Source: Alphaproteobacteria bacterium (GTDB taxonomy: Bacteria > Pseudomonadota > Alphaproteobacteria > UBA828). From it: a DNA stretch of 64,000 bases. The notes below the pieces were generated by a model. That model did not search any database and was not told the DNA's origin. It saw only the letters and a list, made by a program, of their open reading frames with translations. The position numbers and the translations under genes were made by a program. The stretch spans positions 1,792,001 through 1,856,000 of the forward strand of contig OZ243972.1 in NCBI GenBank assembly GCA_965214705.1, given 5' to 3'. Within the stretch, counting starts at the first letter, position 1, and each line of letters starts with the position of its first letter. Of the stretch, positions 1-7,722 are shown piece after piece.

Positions 1-225
1 GAAGCCGCTACGCGGAGTTAGCGGCGTAGAGTTCATTCATTTCCGAGGCGTCGCGGGTGCCGTTTGTTCTGTGCGTTCGCTTCCCGGTTGCGTCAGTGGC
101 GCTCCGCCCGTCGGGTGGCGGATCCCCAGCAGCCTCCCGATCACCAGTGGTTAGCATCGACCCCTGCGACGGACCGTCGCCGGATCGGTCCGGCGGCGCG
201 CCGTCGCGATCCAGGGAGATCGATA

Positions 226-1104
226 ATGACCGGGACCGCGTGCGACACGAACACCGTCACCCCTCTTCGCCAGCGCATGGAGGAGCAGCTCCGCATCGCC
301 AATCTGGCCGCGAGCACGTCCAAGGCCTACATCTGCGAGATCAAGAACCTGGCCAGGTACTACGACGCCTCGCCGGACGAGCTCGACGCCGAGCAGGTGC
401 GCCAGTGGTACCTGGGGCGGATCGACAAGGGGCTCAGTCCGGGCACGACCAACGTCTCCTTCGCCGCGCTGAACTTCCTCTACATCGACACACTCGGCTG
501 GCCTGACCATGTCGCCGGCCTGCGCTCCCGCAAGAAGCCCGGCAAGCTGCCGCGCTACATGTCGGAGCAGGAGGTCGAGCACCTCATCCTTGCGACACCC
601 GACCTCCGCCACCGTGCTGCCATTGTCACCGGCTATGGCGGCGGGCTCCGCATCTCCGAGACCTTGGCCATCAAGGTCGGCGACATCCTGTCGGAGAAGA
701 AGCTGCTGCACATCCCCTCCGGCAAAGGCGGCACCGAGAGAATGGCACCGTTGCCGGACATCGTCATCCACTACTTGCGCGTCTACTACAGGAACATCTG
801 GCCGCGTCCGACGAGCTGGCTCTTCTACGGCGTCTCGCTCGACAGGCCCATCGCAACGGAGACCTTGCAGGCCGCCTTCAGGAGGGCGCGCGACATTGCC
901 GAGCTCGACCGCAGCTACACCTTCCATTGCCTGCGCCATTCGGCGGCGACCCATCTCCTCGAGCGCGGCGGCGATATCGAGGTGATCCGGGACATGCTCG
1001 GCCATCGAAGCGCGAACACGACCCGTCACTACGCCCGCGTCACCGGCAAGATGTTCGAGGGCCTCGACCACCCGATCTCAGGCTTCGCAGCGTTGCGCAA
1101 CTGA
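226..1104 (+). CDS. Tyrosine recombinase/integrase (N-terminal SAM-like + catalytic domain)
   Basis: Motifs GLRISE, GKGG, HCLRH, LGH, TRHY. ATG at 226 follows an AGGGAG RBS. Confidence 0.93.
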   Translation: MTGTACDTNTVTPLRQRMEEQLRIANLAASTSKAYICEIKNLARYYDASPDELDAEQVRQWYLGRIDKGLSPGTTNVSFAALNFLYIDTLGWPDHVAGLRSRKKPGKLPRYMSEQEVEHLILATPDLRHRAAIVTGYGGGLRISETLAIKVGDILSEKKLLHIPSGKGGTERMAPLPDIVIHYLRVYYRNIWPRPTSWLFYGVSLDRPIATETLQAAFRRARDIAELDRSYTFHCLRHSAATHLLERGGDIEVIRDMLGHRSANTTRHYARVTGKMFEGLDHPISGFAALRN

Positions 1105-1407
1105 CGGCGCGTGGAGGCCGAACGCGCGGGCGTGGCGGAGATCTTCCGCCGCGCCGGCGCCGCTTTCCGTGAGCGCCACAAAGGGCGCATCGACGCCGCC
1201 CGGCTCAAGGTCATGGGCGCCATCGAGGCGTGCCGCACCGCCGTGCTCGGCGGCCACATGTACGCCTGCGAGGGCTGCGGGCGCGAGCATCCGCTCTTCA
1301 GATACCATGAGCACGGTGGCACCGAATCGATTCTGGCGGTTAGACAAGCTCGGAGAGAAGGCCAGCACCTTCTCTCCGAGCGGAATCGTCAACAACGGAG
1401 TGGACGG

Positions 1408-2604
1408 ATGTCGGATGGTCCAGACACGACCGCGCTGACAGGCGCAAGTAGTAGCACGATTTATGTCGCGGTGGAGATCAGCCTCAAATCGTGGATCGTT
1501 GGCGTGCATTGCCCGGATGCCTCGGGTGGCAGCATCAGCATCCACACACTGGCTGCTGCCGACACGGCGGGACTGTTGGATCTCGTCGGGTCGGTGCGGG
1601 AACGGGTGGCGAGGGAGCTCGGCGCCCGTCCTCGGGTGATGCTGACCTACGAGGCGGGCTACGAGGGGTTCTGGCTTGCCCGCGATATCGAGCGCCGTGA
1701 CGCGGAGATCGATATCTTCATGAACGATCCGGCGAGCCTGCGGGTGAACCGGCGCGCCAAGAAGAAAAAGACCGACCGTATCGACGCGAGGAGGATGGTT
1801 CGGGCTCTGAAGGCATGGGACCAAGGCGATTCGGAGGCCATGTCCTGGGTGCGCGTGCCCGATGTGGACCAGGAGGATGCCAAGCGCCTGCTGCGCGAGA
1901 GGGACACGCTGATCAGCGAGCGTACCCGCGTCAACAACCGGATCAAAGGGCTCTTGCAGTTGCACGGCATCTTCGATCTGGCGCCGCGCAAGCCGGACTT
2001 CCTCGAACGCCTCGCGACCGCGCGGACGGGCTATGGGGCGCCGTTGCCGCCGCGTGCGCGGGCAGAGATTGAGAGGGCGGTGGGGATGCTTCGCCTGGTT
2101 GAGGAGCATATCGAGATGATCGAGGCCGAGAAGAGGGCCCTGCTGAAGGCTGGCCGGAAAGCCCAGGACGCGACCAATCGTGACGGGACGGCGATGATCG
2201 CGGCGCTTACGCGCATCCATGGCATCGGCCTCAATGACGCCACACTGCTGGCTGGCGAGGTGTTCTATCGGGACTTCCGCAATCGCCGGGAGTTGGGCAG
2301 CTGGGCCGGGTTGACGTCGGTGCCGTGGGCGAGCGGAGATGTCGACCACGATCTTGGCATCAGCAAGGCCGGCCCCTCGCATGTCAGGAAGCACATGATC
2401 CAGATGGCTTGGCGCTGGCTGAAGCTGCAACCGGAAAGCGCGATCACGAAGTGGTTCCACGCCTACGTCGCCAGGGATGCCGGTGGCGGGAGGGACCGGC
2501 GAGCGAGGAAGCGGGCGATCGTGGGGGTCGCGCGCAAGCTGCTGATCGCGCTGTGGCGCTATGCCACCCAAGGACTGGTGCCTGAGGGCGCCATCGTCTC
2601 CTGA
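1408..2604 (+). CDS. IS110/IS1111 DEDD recombinase (transposase)
   Basis: VAVEIS..YEAG..KTDRIDA RuvC-like motifs; C-terminal GIG and GLTSVPWASG catalytic-serine region; GGAG RBS upstream. Confidence 0.93.
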   Translation: MSDGPDTTALTGASSSTIYVAVEISLKSWIVGVHCPDASGGSISIHTLAAADTAGLLDLVGSVRERVARELGARPRVMLTYEAGYEGFWLARDIERRDAEIDIFMNDPASLRVNRRAKKKKTDRIDARRMVRALKAWDQGDSEAMSWVRVPDVDQEDAKRLLRERDTLISERTRVNNRIKGLLQLHGIFDLAPRKPDFLERLATARTGYGAPLPPRARAEIERAVGMLRLVEEHIEMIEAEKRALLKAGRKAQDATNRDGTAMIAALTRIHGIGLNDATLLAGEVFYRDFRNRRELGSWAGLTSVPWASGDVDHDLGISKAGPSHVRKHMIQMAWRWLKLQPESAITKWFHAYVARDAGGGRDRRARKRAIVGVARKLLIALWRYATQGLVPEGAIVS

Positions 2605-2679
2605 GGGCACCGGCCGAACGAACGGGAAAATACAGGAGGTTCCGACGTGGTCGGACGCGGCCGCGGAGGATGCCGGGCA

Positions 2680-2830
2680 AGGCGTGTGACCGGGCAAGAG
2701 TTGGGTCGCCGCTTGGCACCGTTCTACAGATGGGTCCCGCCTCCCGGAACGTCACCACCGCTTGGATGCGGTATTGGGGTCACGGAGCCGGCAAGCGCCG
2801 GAGTTCCGAACCGGATAAGAGCTGAGCAGC
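2680..2830 (+). ncRNA. Predicted bridge/seek RNA core (target-binding and donor-binding loops) in the IS1111 right end
   Basis: Two stem/internal-loop/hairpin units. Their unpaired strands match the target (2693-2703, 2723-2728) and the circle junction (2770-2774, 2815-2821). Transcript ends are unknown. Confidence 0.72.
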
Positions 2831-2929
2831 GTGGCGGATCGCTGCGTGGAAACGACGTTCTGCCTGGACATCGGCCGCGGATTCGAGTGGAGAGATTGCG
2901 AATGCCATTGACGTAGATGAAGCCGGGCC

Positions 2930-2949
2930 TTGCGGAGAGAGCTCATAAG
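2930..2949 (+). promoter_or_regulatory. -35 half of a circle-junction promoter
   Basis: TTGCGG (2930-2935) lies exactly 17 nt from TACCAT (1303-1308) once 2949 is joined to 1300. Confidence 0.75.
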
Positions 2950-4264
2950 AACTCCTGCCGCAACCGCCACTGCCCCACCTGCCAGGGTCTCGCCGCCAAC
3001 CTCTGGAGCGAGGAGCGCGCCGGGGACATCCTGCCGGTGCCCTACTTCCATGTGGTCTTCACCCTGCCCAAGGAGGTTGCCGCCATTGCCTTCTGCAACC
3101 GCAGGGTGGTGTTCGACATCCTCTTCCGGGCCGTCGCCGAGACCCTGCGCACCATCGCCGCCGATCCCCGCCACGGCGGCATGCGCATCGGCGGCACCGC
3201 GGTCCTCCATACCTGGGATCAGAAGCTCCGCTTCCACCCGCACCTGCACGTGGTCGTGCCCAACGCGGGCTTCGACGTAGACAGTGGCGAGTGGAAGACG
3301 GGGAGCACCACCTTCCTCGCCCCCGTCAAGGTCCTCGGCAGCCTGTTCCGCCGCCTCTTCCTCGAGGAGCTCGCCCGCGCCCACGGCCGGGGGGACCTGG
3401 AGTTCCACGGCACCCTCGCCCACCTCGCCAATCCCGGCGAGTTCCACGCCACGCTTGCCGCCGCCCGGGCCAGGGACTGGGTGGTCTACGCCAAGCGGCC
3501 CTTCCGCGGGCCTGAGCAGGTCTTCCGGTACCTCTCGCACTACACGCACAGGATCGCCATCTCCGACAGCCGCATCGTCTCCTTCGACGGCGAGACGGTC
3601 TCCTTCCGCCACCGAAAGCCCAAGGCGCCGGGGCAGAGAAAGCCGCGCTACGGCATCGCCACCGTGAGCGCCGACGAGTTCATCCGCCGCTTCCTGAGGC
3701 ACGTCCTGCCGGACGGCATGCACCGCACTCGCTACTTCGGCATCCTCGCCAACGGCTGCCGCGCCAGCACGCTGGAGAGAGCACGCCAGGCTCTCGGCGC
3801 CCTCGGCTGCGCCGCCCCCGAGGGAAGCGTGGACGGCGCTCAGGCCGAGCCCGACGAAGAGCCCGAGATCGGCACCGCGCCCGTGGCCTGCCCCCACTGC
3901 GGCGGCGTCATGCGCCTCGTCCGCGAAATCCGCCGCCGCCATGAGCCCCGCTCGACGCGCGGCCCGCCGGCGCTGCCGCCGACCCACAGGGGGAAACCGT
4001 GAGACGCCCGCTCGCTTCGGCCCCGCGCAACGGCGCCAAAGCGCCGACGCACGACCGAACCTGTCTCCGCTTGAGCCGGGCTGACAGCCCTCGGCTCACA
4101 CCCCGCTCAGTCCTCGCAGCGTGCGCCCGCATGCCTGCCGAAAGACCGGCGCGAGCGTCGATTTTATGCGCAACTCTGCTGCCGGTGGATGCCGCCTGAC
4201 GCTGACATCAGCGCACTTTCCACATAGCTCAACTTCGCCTCTCGTGGCCCGCGGCTTCGTTCAA

Positions 4265-4306
4265 AAGGGTTGGGCAGGCTCTCGAGAGAGAGCCTGCCCA
4301 ACCCTT
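4265..4306. repeat. Perfect 19-bp hairpin with GAGA loop at the element end
   Basis: AAGGGTTGGGCAGGCTCTC-GAGA-GAGAGCCTGCCCAACCCTT. Confidence 0.9.
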
Positions 4307-4309
4307 AAC

Positions 4310-4882
4310 CTTGTCCGTCCTCTTGTTGTAGTAGGGCTGCAGGAACTGGTTCATGATCATCGAGTCCGAAACTAGGTTCTCGATGATGTCGAAGCCTGCA
4401 TCCCGCGCCCGCTTCGCCGCATCGACGTGCATCTGGATGACGGCGCGGATGTCGTCATCATCCATTTCGCAGGTGCTCGCCAGGGGAATCGCCTCCGACG
4501 GCGCTTGACTGGGCGCACGGCTGATCGCGCGGGATTCACCGCTCTGAGAGTGCAAACCGGCGTAGTAGAGTTCGACGCCGGCCAGCGCGCCGTGCGCGTG
4601 AATGCTGTCGGTTACGTGCCGCAGGCTGATAACGTCGCCTTCGTCCCAAAGGCGCGCGGACCAATGCGGCGAATCATCCGATTCCGGGTGGATCGCGGTG
4701 TACTCGATGAAGACAGTCCCCCAACCGCCTTCGGCCTTCATGCCGCGGAACGCGGCCTGGGTGCCGGGACGATCGGAGCCCGCGCTGTTGCAATGGGGCG
4801 TCTGCCAGAACCGATTCTTCGTTGCTTTTGGACCGACTTTGACCGACTCAAACAAAACGTCGTGTTCTGGATTTCGCGCCAT
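4310..4882 (-). pseudogene. Trimethylamine/histamine-dehydrogenase-like flavoenzyme (OYE family), 3'-truncated
   Basis: MARNPEHDVLFE..KNRFWQTPHC..KAEGGWG closely resembles the TMADH N-terminus. It breaks after NKRTDK at ~190 aa, whereas the family is ~700 aa. Confidence 0.85.
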
Positions 4883-5294
4883 TGTTTACCCCCTCCCCTT
4901 ACACAATTGCGCTTCAATACATTTGTACCTTGTTGGCAATTTAATCTTACACAGAAGAAGCTATCACGCAAGATTCATCTTTGGCGGTGCGAGTGCTGAC
5001 TATTCAATTTGACATCGTCATACGGTCCCAATGGGCACACGCTGTCAGGGACCGTCCGGGCGGCCAGCGGGGTGGAGCGAGATCATAAGGCCAGCGTAGC
5101 GACACGGCCGTTCTCAGCCTCGGCGCTCGATGGTCTGGGCTACCACGAGTCCGGCCTCGAAAAGGGAGCTGCTTCGGATTTAGCCCGGATGACGGAGTTC
5201 GCAATTCGAGTATTCTGTTGAGGGAAGGCCGCTCGCGCGCGCCGCGCGCGACAACTCTATACGCCTCTCAAGAGTGACGAGTTCGACGCGAGAG

Positions 5295-6317
5295 ATGAAG
5301 ATTTCGGCGCCCGGCATCCTTGAGGGGCTGCAGCCGCAGCCACGCTTCCTCGCAATCTGGATCGCTCTGGCTGTGCTCATCGTTATCAGTGCGATCTTCG
5401 TGCCGCGAAGCCTGATGGCCACGTCGATCCTCGCCATCATTCCGTTTGCGGCGTTCCTCTGCATCGCGTCCATGGGCGAGGCCCTGGTGCTAATGGCGCG
5501 CGGCATCGACCTCTCGATCCCGGCCGTCATCACGCTCTCCAGCAGCCTGATTCTGGGCATCTCCGGCGGCCAGGACGCCGCGCTCGGCCAAGCGATCGTC
5601 GTTGCGCTCGCGGTCTCGGCCGGTGTTGGCCTGATCAACGGCGTTCTGGTCTCGAACTTTCGGTTGAATCCCCTGGTCGTCACGCTCGCCGTCGGGACCA
5701 TCATGATGGGCGCGGCGATCTGGTACCGGGAAGGCATCGCCCAGGAGGCGCGGGTACCGCCGATCCTCGCGGACTGGGGCGAGACCCGCTTCCTCTCGAT
5801 CAACTTCTCGGTCTGGGTGGCGATGGCCCTCGTGCTCCTCTCCACCTTCCTGCTGCGCTTCACCCTCTACGGGCGGCGCTTCACCGCCGTCGGCGCCAAC
5901 CCCGTCGCCGCCTGGATCAGCTGCATCGGCGTGAACCGCTACCGGGTTGCGGCCTACGCCGCGGCCGGGTTGCTCTACGGCGTCGCGGGCATCCTGCTCG
6001 CGGCCTTCATCCGCAATCCCACCCTCGATGTCGGTGCCGCCTATCTGCTCGCACCCATCGCCGCCGCCGTGCTGGGCGGCACGGCGATCGGCGGCGGGGT
6101 CGGCAGCATGATCGCGGTGGCCGGCGCGGCGCTCTTCCTGACCCATCTCGGGCAGATCCTGAAGATGATGGGGCTGACCACGGCCATCCAGTTCATGGTC
6201 TACGGCGGCGCCATCGCCGTTGGCATGGCGCTCGCCGGCGTTCGATTCTCCGACCTGCGCGGTGCGTGGGATCGTTGGCTCGGTCGCACCGCCGCGCGCG
6301 GAGCCGAATCACGGTAG
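5295..6317 (+). CDS. Sugar-type (RbsC-like) ABC transporter permease
   Basis: Hydrophobic; GIDLS, GRRFTAVGANP and IAAAVLGGT motifs. Confidence 0.92.
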   Translation: MKISAPGILEGLQPQPRFLAIWIALAVLIVISAIFVPRSLMATSILAIIPFAAFLCIASMGEALVLMARGIDLSIPAVITLSSSLILGISGGQDAALGQAIVVALAVSAGVGLINGVLVSNFRLNPLVVTLAVGTIMMGAAIWYREGIAQEARVPPILADWGETRFLSINFSVWVAMALVLLSTFLLRFTLYGRRFTAVGANPVAAWISCIGVNRYRVAAYAAAGLLYGVAGILLAAFIRNPTLDVGAAYLLAPIAAAVLGGTAIGGGVGSMIAVAGAALFLTHLGQILKMMGLTTAIQFMVYGGAIAVGMALAGVRFSDLRGAWDRWLGRTAARGAESR

Positions 6318-6438
6318 GACGCTTATGCCAAAGTCGAGGGTCTGGTATCTATAGCACTTACGCACGATCAACCCGTTTGCGGGAACAGGACCTGCCCGCC
6401 ATCAACATCAACGACACACAGCAAAAGGAGAAACGAAC

Positions 6439-7626
6439 ATGAGTCGTATGCACTGGATGAGAAAGACGGCCGTCTCGGCGGTGGTTGCCGGCGCCGTGGC
6501 GTTGGGCGCCCACAGCGGCGCGCGCGCCGAGGCCAATCCCGAACTGATGCTCAAGGCGCTCGGCACCACCGAAGGGATCGGCCCGATCGTCACGGCGACC
6601 TTCGAGCGCGCGAGCGCGGCGCTCAGCGAGGAAGACCGCGCGCTGGCGCTGAAGTGCTGGAGCGAGCAGGTGTGCGAGACCGGCCGCGGCGATCTCACCG
6701 TGGCGCTCGCCGACGGCTTCGGCGAGAACGTCTGGCGCCGCGTGACGCACATGGAGTTCGTCATGCAGGCGCTGAGCTATCCCGAGGTCAGCAAGATCAT
6801 CTATACCTCGGCCCGGGGCGACGCCAGCAAGGCGATCTCCGACATGCGGAGCCTGATCGCGCAAGGCGTCGACATCATCGTGACCTTCCCCGATGCGGGC
6901 CCCGCGCTGCTGCCGACCGCCCAGGAGGCAACTGAGTCCGGCATCACCGTAGTCCCCTACATCGCCGGTCTCGGCGGCACGGCGGGCGAGGACTATCTCA
7001 CCTTCGTCGCTGAGGACCTGTGCGAGCTGGGCCGCCAGTTCGTCCAGTTCGTGGCCGGCGCCAACAGCGAGGAGAGCATCGAGATCGTCGAGCTGGGCGG
7101 CACGCCCGGCAACCAGCTGAGCGCCGCTTGGCAGGCCTGCTCCGAGGCCGAGATGGAGAACAACGCGGCAATGACGCTGCTCGGCAAGGCGGACACCAAC
7201 TGGACCCAGCAGGGAACCTTCGAGGCGATGTCGGGCTTCCTTTCGCAGAACCCCGATATCGACGCGGTGCTCTATGAGTATGCCGACGGCTTCCGCGGGG
7301 GCGTGCGCGCCTATGCTGCAGCCGATCGCGCCATGGACGTAATCGTCACGCTGCGCACCGACGAGCAGGGCCTGTTCTGCGATTGGGAAGAAGTGGGAAA
7401 CCCGAACTTCCGCATCTTCTTTTCCTCGGGCGGCACCTTCCAGGTGCGCATCGCGCTGACCGCCGCCATGGAGGCAAGAGGCGGTGCCGAGATCGGCGCC
7501 CATGTCGACGTGCCCTTCAAGATGAAGGAAGTGCAGCAGGGCATGTGCGATAAGGCGTTGCCGGATCAGATGCCGGTTTCCACGCTCGTGGACACCGACA
7601 TGCTGAACGCGATGTTCAAGGAGTAG
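6439..7626 (+). CDS. Periplasmic substrate-binding protein (RbsB-like fold)
   Basis: Signal peptide ending ARA/AEA; ISDMRSLIAQGVDIIV motif; AAGGAG RBS. Confidence 0.9.
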   Translation: MSRMHWMRKTAVSAVVAGAVALGAHSGARAEANPELMLKALGTTEGIGPIVTATFERASAALSEEDRALALKCWSEQVCETGRGDLTVALADGFGENVWRRVTHMEFVMQALSYPEVSKIIYTSARGDASKAISDMRSLIAQGVDIIVTFPDAGPALLPTAQEATESGITVVPYIAGLGGTAGEDYLTFVAEDLCELGRQFVQFVAGANSEESIEIVELGGTPGNQLSAAWQACSEAEMENNAAMTLLGKADTNWTQQGTFEAMSGFLSQNPDIDAVLYEYADGFRGGVRAYAAADRAMDVIVTLRTDEQGLFCDWEEVGNPNFRIFFSSGGTFQVRIALTAAMEARGGAEIGAHVDVPFKMKEVQQGMCDKALPDQMPVSTLVDTDMLNAMFKE

Positions 7627-7646
7627 TAGCCGAAGCGAACGGCTTG

Positions 7647-7688
7647 ACCGCCGGGCGGAGCGGAAGACGCCGCACCCCGCCCGGCGGT
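7647..7688 (+). terminator. Intergenic stem-loop after the SBP gene (stabiliser/attenuator)
   Basis: ACCGCCGGGCGG ... CCGCCCGGCGGT followed by TTCATTT. Confidence 0.5.
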
Positions 7689-7722
7689 TTCATTTGAACG
7701 ACCGCAGATCGCCGCCGAGAGA

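Larger units (their letters stand above)
1300..2949 (+). mobile_element. IS110-family insertion sequence, IS1111 group (1650 bp, no target duplication)
   Basis: Removal restores TTC AAC TCC TGC. Sub-terminal IR ATGAGC (1307) / GCTCAT (2941) lies 7 nt and 3 nt from the ends. Long non-coding right end. Confidence 0.92.
1111..4002 (+). pseudogene. IS91-family Y2 transposase interrupted by an IS110 element (1111-1299 + 2950-4002 rejoin in frame, 413 aa)
   Basis: The N-part ACRTAVLGGH..CEGCG..HPLF rejoins NSCRNRHCPTCQ. HUH motif HPHLH, YLSHY dyad and C-terminal CPHCGG are present. Confidence 0.93.
1..4310 (+). mobile_element. IS91-like element pairing a tyrosine recombinase with a Y2 (HUH) transposase; left end probably at or beyond the window edge
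   Basis: Integrase followed 6 bp later by an IS91-type transposase. The right end GGCTTCGTTCAA plus a 19-bp hairpin abuts a truncated oxidoreductase at ~4310. Confidence 0.75.

Noticed and set aside
1111-2604. 497-aa ORF as a natural Zn-finger-IS110 fusion protein
   Set aside because: It is the IS91 transposase 5' end read in frame into the inserted IS110, which has its own RBS and ATG at 1408.
5009-5221. Small ORFs between the flavoenzyme and the permease
   Set aside because: No RBS or recognisable motif; likely promoter/intergenic sequence.
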